45,114 nt of DNA from an uncultured Ruminococcus sp. Its GTDB lineage: Bacteria; Bacillota; Clostridia; Oscillospirales; Ruminococcaceae. Under the pieces are notes generated by a model. That model was not told where the DNA came from. It ran no database searches and saw nothing but the letters and a program-made list of their open reading frames with translations. The position numbers and the translations under genes were made by a program. The stretch covers positions 1-45,114 of the forward strand of contig CADAPI010000015.1 in assembly GCA_902789705.1 (NCBI GenBank). The letters run 5' to 3'. Positions 27,507-37,910 of the stretch are shown piece by piece (within the stretch, counting starts at the first letter, position 1; every line of letters begins with the position of its first letter).

Positions 27507-27848
27507 ATGAAACACACTTTACTTGGAATTATTGCAGCGGCTGTATCAGTAACTGCAGCTATTATCGCAGTGGTAGCTATCAAGAACTATTCCGAAAAAA
27601 AGAAAGCTCTTGAAGACGATGATTTCGATGATGATTACGATTATGACGATGACTGCGGCTGTGACTACGACGAATGTGAATTTGATGAATATGATTTCGA
27701 CGAGGATTTCTCATGCGAAGATGAGTGTGACATTGACGATTTCGAAGACGGAAAGGATCTTGATGACCTCCTCGATGAAGAAGCAGCAGCAGATGCAGCA
27801 GACGAAGAAGCAAAGGCTTCAGAGGAAAAGAAGAACGACAGCAAGTAA
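27507..27848 (+). CDS. Small membrane-anchored, highly acidic hypothetical protein
   Basis: N-terminal TM helix, then a D/E-rich tail with five Cys; GGAG RBS. Confidence 0.75.
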   Translation: MKHTLLGIIAAAVSVTAAIIAVVAIKNYSEKKKALEDDDFDDDYDYDDDCGCDYDECEFDEYDFDEDFSCEDECDIDDFEDGKDLDDLLDEEAAADAADEEAKASEEKKNDSK

Positions 27849-27942
27849 TCTTTGTTAAGGACTTGCTTTAACCGGAAGACAGGGCATGATCTTTGTCCTG
27901 TCTTAAATTTTGGAAATAAATAACGCTTTTACGGAGGAAAAA

Positions 27943-29118
27943 ATGGCAAAAGAAATAAAGAAAAAGACACTCGGGGTACCTGTTGGCAATGATGAAAAGC
28001 AGAAGGCTCTTGAAATGGCTATCGCCCAGATCGAAAAGACATACGGCGCAGGTGCGGTAATGCGCCTCGGTCAGACAAAGGCTCTTGATGTTGAAGCCAT
28101 TCCTACAGGTTCAATGACACTTGACATGGCTCTTGGTATAGGCGGCGTTCCGAGAGGACGTATCGTTGAAATATACGGACCTGAAAGTTCAGGTAAGACA
28201 ACCGTTGCTCTCCACGTTGTTGCCGAAGCACAGAAGATGGGTGGAAACGCTGCATTTATCGACGTTGAGCACGCACTTGATCCGGTTTATGCAAGTGCTC
28301 TCGGAGTTGACATAGACAATCTTCTCGTTTCACAGCCGGACAGCGGTGAACAGGCTCTCGAAATTGCCGAAGCTCTCGTTCGTTCAGGTGCTATTGACAT
28401 TCTCGTTCTCGACTCTGTTGCAGCTATGACTACAAAGGCCGAGATCGACGGTGAAATGGGCGATCTTCACGTAGGCCAGCTTGCAAGACTCATGTCACAG
28501 GCTATGAGAAAGCTCACTTCAGTTATCTCGAAATCAAACTGTGTTGCCATTTTTATCAACCAGGTACGTGAAAAGATCGGTGTAATGTACGGAAACCCTG
28601 AAACAACACCGGGCGGACGTGCTCTCAAGTTCTACTCATCAGTACGAATCGAAGTAAGAAAGGGCGAAACACTCAAGAACGGTACCGAGGTCATCGGTGC
28701 GCGAACAAAGTGCAAGGTCGTTAAGAACAAGGTAGCTCCTCCGTTCAAGGAGTGTGAATTCGACATCATGTACGGTCAGGGTATTTCACGTGTAGGCGAA
28801 GTCCTCGACCTTGCCGTTGAACTCGACATTGTCAAGAAGGGCGGCGCATGGTTCAGCTACAATGAAACAAAGCTCGGCCAGGGACGTGACAACGCCAAGG
28901 AAGTTCTTAAGAACGATACAGCTTTAAGACTCGAGATCGAGGAAAAGATAAAGGAAAACGCTCAGAAGCTCGCAGCTGCATCAGTAAAGTCAAAGGCTGA
29001 GGCAAAGCTTGCGGAAGCTGCAAAGGCAGCATCACAGGCTGCTGCTGCCAAGGATGACGTTTCAGTAAGTGCAGACGACGACTTCGAGGAATTCGCTCCT
29101 GCCGGTGCTGACGAGTGA
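27943..29118 (+). CDS. recA: Recombinase RecA
   Basis: [41 protein letters not shown]; ATG at 27943 after GGAGG. Confidence 0.98.
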   Translation: MAKEIKKKTLGVPVGNDEKQKALEMAIAQIEKTYGAGAVMRLGQTKALDVEAIPTGSMTLDMALGIGGVPRGRIVEIYGPESSGKTTVALHVVAEAQKMGGNAAFIDVEHALDPVYASALGVDIDNLLVSQPDSGEQALEIAEALVRSGAIDILVLDSVAAMTTKAEIDGEMGDLHVGQLARLMSQAMRKLTSVISKSNCVAIFINQVREKIGVMYGNPETTPGGRALKFYSSVRIEVRKGETLKNGTEVIGARTKCKVVKNKVAPPFKECEFDIMYGQGISRVGEVLDLAVELDIVKKGGAWFSYNETKLGQGRDNAKEVLKNDTALRLEIEEKIKENAQKLAAASVKSKAEAKLAEAAKAASQAAAAKDDVSVSADDDFEEFAPAGADE

Positions 29119-29738
29119 TAATAAATTCTGTCACAAAATATAAGGGTACGACTTATGAGGTGGTCGCAGACGGTAATAAGATATATCTTCACCGTGACAT
29201 AGTCGCAGACTTCGGATTAAGAGCAGGAGCGGAGATAAGTACGGAAAAGTACGGAGAAATGCTTCTTGCTTCGGACAGGCGGAGAGCCACGGAACGTGCG
29301 TTTTACCTCCTTGACTACCGTGACTACTCATATGTCGAGCTTTTTAAAAAGCTCCGTGAAAACTACGACGAGGACATCTGCTACTACGCAGCAGACAAGC
29401 TCGCGTCCCTTGGAATGATAAATGACCGCCGCTATGCGGAAAATCTGGCACGTAAGTACATTGAAGTGAAGAAGTACGGTGCTTATCGTGCATCACGCGA
29501 GATGTACCAGAAGGGCCTTGACCGTGAACTGGTGGATGAGGTCCTCAGTGCCTATGAAGACGGTACCAGAGAACGTATCTGTGAAATAATCAGAAAAAAA
29601 TATTCCGGCAGTCTTGATGACCGCGACAAGGTCAGAAAGATGAAAAATGCGCTTGTCCGTCAGGGCTACAGCTTCGATGATATCAATGCGGCTGTAAAGA
29701 TGATGGACTGTGACGACGATGATGAATCGTATTACTGA
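29115..29738 (+). CDS. recX: Regulatory protein RecX
   Basis: Overlaps the recA stop; [31 protein letters not shown]. Confidence 0.9.
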   Translation: MIINSVTKYKGTTYEVVADGNKIYLHRDIVADFGLRAGAEISTEKYGEMLLASDRRRATERAFYLLDYRDYSYVELFKKLRENYDEDICYYAADKLASLGMINDRRYAENLARKYIEVKKYGAYRASREMYQKGLDRELVDEVLSAYEDGTRERICEIIRKKYSGSLDDRDKVRKMKNALVRQGYSFDDINAAVKMMDCDDDDESYY

Positions 29739-29771
29739 GACTGTGACGACGATGATGAATCGTATTACTGA
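29706..29771 (+). repeat. Perfect 33-bp tandem duplication of the recX 3' end
   Basis: GACTGTGACGACGATGATGAATCGTATTACTGA at 29706-29738 and 29739-29771. Confidence 0.9.
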
Positions 29772-29789
29772 CAAAGCGCAGATCTTTAA

Positions 29790-29897
29790 GGAAACACTGA
29801 TCAAATCGGAAATCCGGCTTCGCCGGATTTCCGGAGGTGGGATTTGCGGGGCTTCGCCCCGAACCCCACGCTGATTTACGAATAAATCAGCGCTTCC
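29790..29897 (-). mobile_element. MITE copy 5 (108 bp, inverted, TSD TTAA)
   Basis: Reverse complement matches the element; flanked by TTAA/TTAA. Confidence 0.85.
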
Positions 29898-29985
29898 TTA
29901 AACACCACAGCATACTGCTGTGGAAAAGCCAATGCAGAGTCAGACACAGACAGTAAACAATAAAGAATAAAGGTGGTATTCCAGC

Positions 29986-31387
29986 ATGCCTGTAAAAATC
30001 GGTATGGTATCCCTCGGCTGTTCCAAAAACCTTGTTGACAGTGAAAGGATGCTCTATAAGTATGGTATCCCTCGGCTGTTCCAAAAACCTTGTTGACAGT
30101 GAAAGGATGCTCTATAAGGTTCGTGAACACGGATATGAGATAGTTACAGACCCGGCAAAAGCAAATGTGGTCATTGTCAACACCTGTGGTTTTATAAAGG
30201 AAGCCAAGGAAGAGGCGATTGAAACTATTCTTGAACTTGCAAAGCTCAAGGAAGAGGGTACGGTAAAGAAAATAATCGCTACAGGATGTCTTGTCCAGAG
30301 ATACAGGGAAGAATTTGAGGCGGAGTTTACAAACGAGGTGGATGCCGTTGCAGGCATCGGTTCCGAGGACGAGATCCTCAGCCTTATTGACAAGGTCCTT
30401 GCCAACGAACATGTCGTTGAGTTCAAGGACAAGCTTCTTCTTGAATGTACAGGAAAGCGAATAATTACGACACTTCCGTTCTTTACATATTTAAAGATCG
30501 CCGAAGGATGCAGCAACTGCTGCAGCTACTGTGCTATCCCGATGATAAGAGGAAAATACCGCAGCGTTCCTATGGAAGATGTCCTTGAGGAAGCACGCTG
30601 GCTTGCGGAAAACGGTATCACCGAGCTTATAGTTGTTGCACAGGATTCCACGCGCTACGGCGAAGATCTTTATGGAAAATCAAGACTTCCTGAGCTTCTT
30701 CGTGAACTCTGTAAAATAGACAGACTTAAGTGGATAAGAGTTCTTTACTGTTATCCTGAACGAATTACTGACGAGCTTATCGACGTGATCGCGTCTGAAC
30801 CTAAAATCGTTAAATATATGGACATACCGATACAGCACAGCGACGAAAAGATCCTGAAGGCTATGGGACGCGGCGGTTCGGAAGCAGAACTGCGTGCGCT
30901 CTTTAAAAAGCTCCGCGAAAAGATAGACGGACTGGTAATAAGAACAACTCTTATCACCGGTTTCCCGGGCGAGACCGAGGAGCAGTTCAATTCAATGGCT
31001 GAATTCATAAAGGACATGGAATTTGACAAGCTCGGCTGTTTCCCGTATTCAGAAGAAGAAGGCACAAAGGCTGCCACAATGCCTGATCAGGTGGATGAAG
31101 AGATTCGTCAGCACCGTGCCGAGATCATAATGGAACAGCAGCAGCTCATAAGCGAGCAGAAAAATCTCCGCATGATCGGAAAAACTGTTGAAGCGGTGGT
31201 TGAGGGCTTTGACCAGTGGGCTGAATGCTATTTCGGAAGGACAGCAGGCGATGCACCTGACATTGACGGAAAGATATTCTTTGACTGTGACCACAAGCTG
31301 GAAATAGGACAGTTTGTCAATGTACACGTAAATGAATCACTGGACTACGATCTGATGGGAGAGGTGACAGATGAACCTGCCGAATAA
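29986..31387 (+). CDS. rimO: Ribosomal protein S12 methylthiotransferase RimO (5' end frameshifted by a 58-bp duplication)
   Basis: MPVKIGMVSLGCSKNLVDSE, NTCGFI, radical SAM CSNCCSYCAIP, DAPDIDG TRAM domain; intact frame resumes at ATG 30062. Confidence 0.93.
30003..30118 (+). repeat. Perfect 58-bp tandem duplication within the rimO 5' end
   Basis: TATGGTATCCCTCGG...GCTCTATAAG at 30003-30060 and 30061-30118. Confidence 0.9.
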
Positions 31388-31919
31388 ACTTACGCTTTTA
31401 AGAGCGATACTTGTACCGTTTTTCATTCTGTTTTTCTATCTTGAACAGGTTCCGGGAAATTATATTATAGCATTTGTTATATTCGCTGTGGCGTCATTTA
31501 CCGATTTTCTTGACGGACACATCGCAAGAAAGCAGGGACTTGTGACCACTTTCGGTAAATTCCTTGACCCGCTTGCAGACAAGGTCCTCGTTGTATCAGC
31601 GCTCTGCTGCTTTACGGAAAAGGGACTTATGTCAGCTATCCCGCTTATCATCATAGTTGCAAGGGAATTCATGGTATCAGGACTCCGTCTTGTTACTGCA
31701 AATGAAGGCGTTGTCGTGGCTGCCGGTATATGGGGCAAGCTCAAGACAGCGTTTACAATGGTTGCGATCGTAGCTATCCTTCTTTTCTGCTGTGCAGGCG
31801 TTACCGAAAAGTTTGCAGTCATTTCAGATATACTCATCTGGATCTCGACGGTGCTTACAGTAATTTCCGGAGGAGTTTACCTTAAGGGCTACTGGAAATA
31901 TATCGACACAGATAAATGA
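31371..31919 (+). CDS. pgsA: CDP-diacylglycerol--glycerol-3-phosphate 3-phosphatidyltransferase
   Basis: [22 protein letters not shown]...[20 protein letters not shown]. Confidence 0.95.
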   Translation: MNLPNKLTLLRAILVPFFILFFYLEQVPGNYIIAFVIFAVASFTDFLDGHIARKQGLVTTFGKFLDPLADKVLVVSALCCFTEKGLMSAIPLIIIVAREFMVSGLRLVTANEGVVVAAGIWGKLKTAFTMVAIVAILLFCCAGVTEKFAVISDILIWISTVLTVISGGVYLKGYWKYIDTDK

Positions 31920-31975
31920 TCACAGGATCACAGATCCTTACCGTACTTAACATTTTCCAAGGAGGAATAATTATC

Positions 31976-32989
31976 ATGTTGCTCTACAACACGATGACAA
32001 GAAAAAAAGAAGAATTCAAGCCGCTTACCGACGGTGTTGTCAATATCTATGCCTGCGGACCAACGGTTTACAACTACATCCACATAGGAAACGCGAGACC
32101 TATCTGTTCTTTCGATGTTCTCAGAAGATACCTTAAGTACCGCGGATATCAGGTAAAGTACGTTCAGAACTTTACTGACGTTGATGACAAGATCATAAAG
32201 AAGGCAAACGAGGAAGGCGTTGAATCCCTCGAGATCTCGGAAAAGTACATTGCCGAGTACAAGAAGGATGCCCACGGCCTTAACGTTATGGATGCGGACG
32301 TTCATCCTAAGGTTACGGAGAGCATGGATATCATCATCGACATCGTAAAGACTCTCGTTGACAAGGGCTTTGCCTATGAGTCAAACGGTGACGTTTACTT
32401 CAGAACATCAAAATTCCCTGAGTACGGCAAGCTTTCAAAAATGCCTATAGACGATCTCAAGGCAGGTGCAAGAATAGATGTAAGCGAACACAAAGAAGAT
32501 CCTCTTGATTTTGCAGTGTGGAAGGCTGCAAAGCCGGGTGAACCATACTGGGATTCACCGTGGGGCAAGGGCAGACCGGGCTGGCATATCGAGTGCTCAG
32601 CTATGTCACGCTTCCACATCGGAAACACTCTTGACATCCACTGCGGCGGACAGGATCTTATCTTCCCGCACCACGAAAATGAAATTGCACAGAGCGAGGC
32701 AGCCACAGGAAGCCCGCTGGCAAATTACTGGATGCACAACGGCTATATCAACGTTGACAACCAGAAGATGTCCAAGTCTCTCGGCAACTTCTTCACAGCC
32801 CGTGAAGTGGCTGAAAAGTACGGCTACGAAGTAGTACGCTACATGATGGTGCAGGCACACTACAGAAGCCCTATCAACTACTGCGTTGAGCTGCTTGAGT
32901 CATGCAAGGCGTCTCTTGAAAGACTTTACAACTGCCGCAATACTCTATTACTGCAATGGACGATGACCTCAACACTGCTGATGCAATAA
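31976..32989 (+). CDS. cysS: Cysteine--tRNA ligase, catalytic N-terminal part (frame disrupted at about 32946)
   Basis: [47 protein letters not shown]; homology ends at ...CRNTL. Confidence 0.92.
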   Translation: MLLYNTMTRKKEEFKPLTDGVVNIYACGPTVYNYIHIGNARPICSFDVLRRYLKYRGYQVKYVQNFTDVDDKIIKKANEEGVESLEISEKYIAEYKKDAHGLNVMDADVHPKVTESMDIIIDIVKTLVDKGFAYESNGDVYFRTSKFPEYGKLSKMPIDDLKAGARIDVSEHKEDPLDFAVWKAAKPGEPYWDSPWGKGRPGWHIECSAMSRFHIGNTLDIHCGGQDLIFPHHENEIAQSEAATGSPLANYWMHNGYINVDNQKMSKSLGNFFTAREVAEKYGYEVVRYMMVQAHYRSPINYCVELLESCKASLERLYNCRNTLLLQWTMTSTLLMQ

Positions 32990-33288
32990 CAGCAGTTTTC
33001 GAGCTTGTACGTGACCTCAATACGATGTCAGCTGACAGCAGCACATCAAAGGAACAGCTTGAAGCCGGAGCGGCAGTCTTCGATGAGCTTACAGGCGTTC
33101 TCGGACTCCTTTACAACAGAAACAAGGAGGAAGAGATCCCGGCTGAGATCCTTGAACTTGCTGAACAGAGAAAGAACGCAAGAAAAGAAAAGAATTTTGC
33201 CCTTGCTGATGAGCTCCGTGACAAAATTGCTTCACTCGGCTACATCATCGAGGAGACAAGACAGGGTACGAAGATAAGGAAAAAGTGA
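32947..33288 (+). CDS. cysS: Cysteine--tRNA ligase, C-terminal anticodon-binding fragment in another frame
   Basis: [13 protein letters not shown]...[18 protein letters not shown]. Confidence 0.85.
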   Translation: MTAMDDDLNTADAITAVFELVRDLNTMSADSSTSKEQLEAGAAVFDELTGVLGLLYNRNKEEEIPAEILELAEQRKNARKEKNFALADELRDKIASLGYIIEETRQGTKIRKK

Positions 33289-33308
33289 TCCCGTAAAGGA
33301 GGAACGCA

Positions 33309-34145
33309 GTGAAACAGAACGGTAAAAGATTTATCAGCGGTGTATTTGCGGCTATGGCAGTATTTACAGCTGCGATGATGGTGACGACAGTCGTAAACAT
33401 TAATAATCAGAAAAAGGTCATGGCACTGACCGGTGAAGAGAATCTTGTACAGGAAATGACACTTGAAGGTAACATTGCTGATGATGCGCTTATAACAGTT
33501 ATTTCAACTGATCACGGTGACATAGCAGCTGAACTCTATACGAAGTATGCACCTGAAACAGTTGCAAACTTCAGAGAACTCGCCGAGTCAGGCTATTATG
33601 ATGATACTTTTGTCTACGCGGTACAGAAAGGCATCAATGCCGGTTTCGGAAGCAAATACGATGACGGTGGTCTTCCGGAGAACTATGATAAGAAAGTGGA
33701 AAAGGTCGGACCGGAGCTCACAAAGGATTTGTGGCCTTTAAAGGGCGCTCTGCTTTCAGCGGGACTTACACACGGAACACTGTGGAGAGGTCAGGAGACC
33801 TACAGCGGAAGCCGTTTCATTATTCCGGGGTCTATTGATTTTGAAGACGAGGAAGTAAAGAAACAGCTTGATTCTTATCTTAATATTGATAATGTGAGTG
33901 AATCGGACACTGCGGTGTATGAAAGCACGAAAAATCTTATAAACATGTTCTGTAAATACGGCGGTACTCCGAATGTTTCACAGAAAATAACTGTTTTCGG
34001 TCAGACCTTTGATGGCTGGGATGTTCTTGACAGCATTATGAATGAACCGTCAGATGAGAAAACGCTGATACCGAAAAAAGAGATAGCAATAACCGGAGTA
34101 AAGTTTATGACTTACGCAGAGTATAACAGGGCATCTGACAAGTGA
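33309..34145 (+). CDS. Membrane-anchored degenerate cyclophilin-like protein
   Basis: GDIAAELYTKYAPETVANFRELAESGYYD, ITVFGQTFDGWDVLD; FHR motif absent. Confidence 0.75.
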   Translation: MKQNGKRFISGVFAAMAVFTAAMMVTTVVNINNQKKVMALTGEENLVQEMTLEGNIADDALITVISTDHGDIAAELYTKYAPETVANFRELAESGYYDDTFVYAVQKGINAGFGSKYDDGGLPENYDKKVEKVGPELTKDLWPLKGALLSAGLTHGTLWRGQETYSGSRFIIPGSIDFEDEEVKKQLDSYLNIDNVSESDTAVYESTKNLINMFCKYGGTPNVSQKITVFGQTFDGWDVLDSIMNEPSDEKTLIPKKEIAITGVKFMTYAEYNRASDK

Positions 34146-34180
34146 TACACTGCGGAATTTAAAACATATTAATGACTGTG

Positions 34181-34217
34181 ATATCAGTACCGGAAAGCCG
34201 GTACTGATATTTTTTTG
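34181..34217 (+). terminator. Intrinsic terminator
   Basis: ATATCAGTACCGG-aaag-CCGGTACTGATAT followed by a T-run. Confidence 0.7.
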
Positions 34218-34454
34218 TAATTTCAGTTTTTCTTAAAAGGTGACAAACACATAAAATCGGGACATTCAAACAGGTGTAAAGTTATTCACCTTTACGAAAA
34301 AATCATCTCTTTAAAAATTAACTTTACAAATATTCAGTATTGTAGTATAATAAAAGTTGCACACTGAGTTAATAGATGCTGTTTCATCACAGCGCCTTTC
34401 AGATGCATAAACAGACAGACGAAAACATCGTCTTCTTAGATTTAGGAGTTAAAA

Positions 34455-35228
34455 ATGACAATGAAAAAGTTTCCTGTAAAAGCTGCTGCCGTGATACTTG
34501 CGACAGCATTATTTGCGGCATCCATCGGAGGGTGCGGAAAAAAATCACCGGGCTATACAATGTACAGCGGCAGTTCAAAAGCAGAAACCTATGATATTAA
34601 CGGAAGCAATGCTGAATATACTGACATTGCCAACTATACTGAGCCGGAAAAAGGCGAGGAAATAGTAGTAATGACGATCAGGGACAGGGGAACAGTAAAG
34701 TTCAAGCTTTTCCCTGATCTCCTTCCGCGCGCATGTGCCAACTTCGTTGGTCATGTAGTAAACGAGGATTACAACGGTCTTACTTTCCACCGTGTCATTT
34801 CCGATTTCATGATCCAGGGCGGTGACCCTCTCGGAAACGGACAGGGCGGAGAAAGCATATGGGGAGGCAGATTTGACGGCGGTACAAGCGGTTATCTCTG
34901 CAATGTTAAAGGGGCTCTTGCTTATGCAAACAGCGGTTCGACAAGCACTGACGGAAGCCAGTTCTACATCGTTGTAGGACAGAAATTCACTGACGAAACT
35001 GTATTTGAAAAGTACAAGGGTCAGGATTTCAATTACACAGAAAAGGCTCGAAGTGCGTACTTTACAGAAGGCGGTGCACCGTGGCTTGACGGTGGTTACA
35101 CTGTTTTCGGTCAGGTCATCGAAGGTATGGATATCGTCGAAGACATCTGCAGTACTACAGTTGTTGATTCAAATGACAAACCACTTGATGATGTAATTAT
35201 AGAAAAAGTTGAAATAGCTGAATACTGA
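34455..35228 (+). CDS. Cyclophilin-type peptidyl-prolyl isomerase lipoprotein
   Basis: Lipobox IGGC; YNGLTFHRVISDFMIQGGDP, GSQFYIV, PWLDGGYTVFGQV. Confidence 0.92.
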   Translation: MTMKKFPVKAAAVILATALFAASIGGCGKKSPGYTMYSGSSKAETYDINGSNAEYTDIANYTEPEKGEEIVVMTIRDRGTVKFKLFPDLLPRACANFVGHVVNEDYNGLTFHRVISDFMIQGGDPLGNGQGGESIWGGRFDGGTSGYLCNVKGALAYANSGSTSTDGSQFYIVVGQKFTDETVFEKYKGQDFNYTEKARSAYFTEGGAPWLDGGYTVFGQVIEGMDIVEDICSTTVVDSNDKPLDDVIIEKVEIAEY

Positions 35229-35269
35229 TCAAAGAACCCAGTAAGTTTGAAGTTTAAGGGGAGAAAATT

Positions 35270-36556
35270 TTGGATAAGTTTGTTGTAAGAGGCGGAAACA
35301 GACTGGAAGGCGACATTTATGTCAGCGGCGCCAAGAATGCAGCCGTGGCAATAATTCCTGCAGTTATCCTTTCTGATGAGCCTTGTACTCTTGAAAATGT
35401 TCCTGACATCAGCGACGTTTCCATAGGTCTTAAAATACTCAGGGAAATGGGAGCTAAGGTCGAGATGGTCAACAAAACCACATTCACCATCGACGCCACA
35501 CATCTTATGAATTCAGAAGTTCCGTATGACATGGCACGAAAGATGAGAGCATCATACTATTTCCTTGGTGCCTGTCTCGGAAAGTTCAATAAAGCAATGG
35601 TCTCAATGCCGGGCGGATGCCCTCTCGGTGACAGACCGATTGACATGCACCTCAAGGCTTTCGAAACACTCGGAGCCAAGGTCGGAATTGTAAACGGAGT
35701 TGTCAACGTTGAAACCGATCACCTTTACGGCGGTCACATCTACTTTGACAAGGTTTCCGTAGGTGCAACCATGAACGCCATCCTTGCAGCAGCAAGGGCT
35801 GACGGCCTCACTATTATCGAAAATGCTGCAAGAGAACCTCACATAGTTGACCTTGCAAACTTCCTCAACTCGATGGGGGCTGACATTATGGGTGCCGGTA
35901 CCGATGTTATCAAGATCAGAGGCGTCAAGCATCTCAGAGGAACTACCTACTCAATAGTTCCTGACCAGATCGAAGCAGGTACATACATGATCGCTGCTGC
36001 GGCAACACACGGCGACGTTATGATCCGCAACGTTATTCCTAAGCATCTTGAATCCATCACAGCAAAGCTTATCAAGATAGGCGTGAACGTAGAGGAATTT
36101 GACGATGCAGTTCGTGTATGGACATCACGTCCTCTTGTTAAGACCAACATCAAGACAAGTCCTCATCCGGGATTCCCGACAGATATGCAGCCTCAGATCG
36201 CGACCCTTCTCACACTTGTTGACGGTCCGAGCCTTGTTACCGAGACCATCTGGGACAGCCGTTTCGCTTATGTCGAGGAGCTCAGAAGGATGGGCGCAAA
36301 CATCACCATTGACGGCAAGGTTGCCATCATCGAAGGTACAGGAAGCCTTAAGGGCGCTCCGGTAAAGGCATGTGACTTAAGAGCAGGTGCCGCACTCATC
36401 ATAGCAGGTCTTGCTGCTGAAGGGGTTACCGAAATAGAAGATATTCACCATATCGAGCGCGGATACGAGGATATGGACGGAAAGCTCAGAGGAATCGGAG
36501 CTGACATCGAAAAAAGATATTTTCCGGATGAAAATGCAGCAGTAAAAAGCTCATGA
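35270..36556 (+). CDS. murA: UDP-N-acetylglucosamine 1-carboxyvinyltransferase
   Basis: SGAKNAA, PGGCPLGDRPID, SVGAT, PGFPTDMQ, DLRAGAAL, IERGYE. Confidence 0.96.
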   Translation: MDKFVVRGGNRLEGDIYVSGAKNAAVAIIPAVILSDEPCTLENVPDISDVSIGLKILREMGAKVEMVNKTTFTIDATHLMNSEVPYDMARKMRASYYFLGACLGKFNKAMVSMPGGCPLGDRPIDMHLKAFETLGAKVGIVNGVVNVETDHLYGGHIYFDKVSVGATMNAILAAARADGLTIIENAAREPHIVDLANFLNSMGADIMGAGTDVIKIRGVKHLRGTTYSIVPDQIEAGTYMIAAAATHGDVMIRNVIPKHLESITAKLIKIGVNVEEFDDAVRVWTSRPLVKTNIKTSPHPGFPTDMQPQIATLLTLVDGPSLVTETIWDSRFAYVEELRRMGANITIDGKVAIIEGTGSLKGAPVKACDLRAGAALIIAGLAAEGVTEIEDIHHIERGYEDMDGKLRGIGADIEKRYFPDENAAVKSS

Positions 36557-36579
36557 TCACGGTGAAAATGAGGTAAATT

Positions 36580-37362
36580 ATGAATGCTATTTATCCTTTG
36601 TTCAGTTCAAGCAAGGGAAACGCAATATTTATAGGAAACAGCCAGAGGGGAATTCTTGTTGACTGCGGTGTTTCATACAAACGTCTTGACGGGGCTATGA
36701 AACGGTGCGGTCTTGACATTTCCGCAGTTAAGGCTGTTTTTATTACGCATGAGCACGGAGATCACATAAAGGGTCTGCCGGTGCTCACAAAAAGACATTC
36801 TCTTAAGGTCTACGCTCAGGATGTGACTTTAAGAAGACTTGTCGCGGATAATATGATACATGAAAATTCGCAGGCTCTGGAGATGAATATATCGGCAGAG
36901 CTTTTTGATATGAAGGTGACAGCCTTCGATACACCGCATGACGCGGAGCAGAGCTGCGGCTACCGTGTGGATTTTGCCGACGGTTCCTCCTGTGCCGTGT
37001 GTACGGATCTCGGATGTGTCACTGATGCGGTGGATTCGGCTGTTCTCGGTGCGGGAACGGTGCTTCTCGAATCCAATTACGACGAGGAAATGATGCTTTT
37101 CGGAAGCTATCCGCGTATGCTCAAACAGAGGATATGCTCGGAGCGCGGCCATCTTTCCAACGACGCAAGTTCTGACCAGGCCTTCAGGCTCGTGAAGCAC
37201 GGAACAAGGAATCTCATTCTCGGACATCTCAGTGAGGAGAACAATACTCCTGAGCTTGCCGAAAAAACAGCTGTAAACAGACTCTCAGAATTTAAAAGGG
37301 ACCGTGATTATTTTCTCATGGTCGCAAAGCCGGAGACGACCGGAGACATGGTGGTGATCTGA
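36580..37362 (+). CDS. MBL-fold metallo-hydrolase (YycJ/WalJ-like)
   Basis: SSSKGN, THEHGDHIKG, TPHDA, LESNYD, GHLSN, GHLSEENN. Confidence 0.9.
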   Translation: MNAIYPLFSSSKGNAIFIGNSQRGILVDCGVSYKRLDGAMKRCGLDISAVKAVFITHEHGDHIKGLPVLTKRHSLKVYAQDVTLRRLVADNMIHENSQALEMNISAELFDMKVTAFDTPHDAEQSCGYRVDFADGSSCAVCTDLGCVTDAVDSAVLGAGTVLLESNYDEEMMLFGSYPRMLKQRICSERGHLSNDASSDQAFRLVKHGTRNLILGHLSEENNTPELAEKTAVNRLSEFKRDRDYFLMVAKPETTGDMVVI

Positions 37363-37363
37363 C

Positions 37364-37840
37364 ATGATGAGCATTAATCTTATAGCGGTAGGGAAACTCA
37401 AGGAAGACTATCTTCGTGCGGCTTCTGCAGAATATGCAAAGAGGCTGCAGGCTTTCTGCACCCTTAAGATCACCGAGATTGATGAATGCAGGCTTTCGGA
37501 CCGTCCGTCCGAAGCTGAGATAAAAAATGCTCTTGAAACTGAAGCAAAGAGCATTATGAAGCACGCAAAAGGATTTGTTATTCCGATGTGCATAGAGGGA
37601 AAACAGATGAAAAGCGAAGCACTTTCGGAAAAGATCGAAGAAACTGCACTTTCAGGATGCAGCGAAATCTCATTTGTTATCGGGAGCTCATACGGTCTTG
37701 CTGATTCAGTCAAGAATTCCGGCGGCTTCAGACTTTCCATGTCTGAAATGACATTTCCGCATCAGCTTGCAAGGATCATGCTCCTTGAGCAGATCTACAG
37801 GGCTTTTATGATATCTGCAGGCAAAAGCTATCACAAATAG
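37364..37840 (+). CDS. rlmH: 23S rRNA pseudouridine-1915 methyltransferase RlmH
   Basis: AVGKLKE, FVIGSSYGL, SEMTFPHQLARIMLLEQIYRA...YHK. Confidence 0.96.
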   Translation: MMSINLIAVGKLKEDYLRAASAEYAKRLQAFCTLKITEIDECRLSDRPSEAEIKNALETEAKSIMKHAKGFVIPMCIEGKQMKSEALSEKIEETALSGCSEISFVIGSSYGLADSVKNSGGFRLSMSEMTFPHQLARIMLLEQIYRAFMISAGKSYHK

Positions 37841-37910
37841 TATAAATTCAGCACAGCCATTTAAACGACTGTGCCTTTTTTGTATTTTACTGAAAAAAGG
37901 GGAGTTCAGG

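Noticed and set aside
27850-27942. LexA/SOS box upstream of recA
   Set aside because: No GAAC-N4-GTTC seen.
19743-29897. Repeats as a CRISPR array or as coding ORFs (19755-19970, 21040-21387, 23570-23977)
   Set aside because: The copies are dispersed, 109 bp long, with TIRs and TSDs, and there are no spacers or cas genes. The ORFs merely read through the element.
37820-37910. SCC-like element integrated at the rlmH 3' end
   Set aside because: No recombinase gene and no visible direct repeat of the rlmH terminus downstream.
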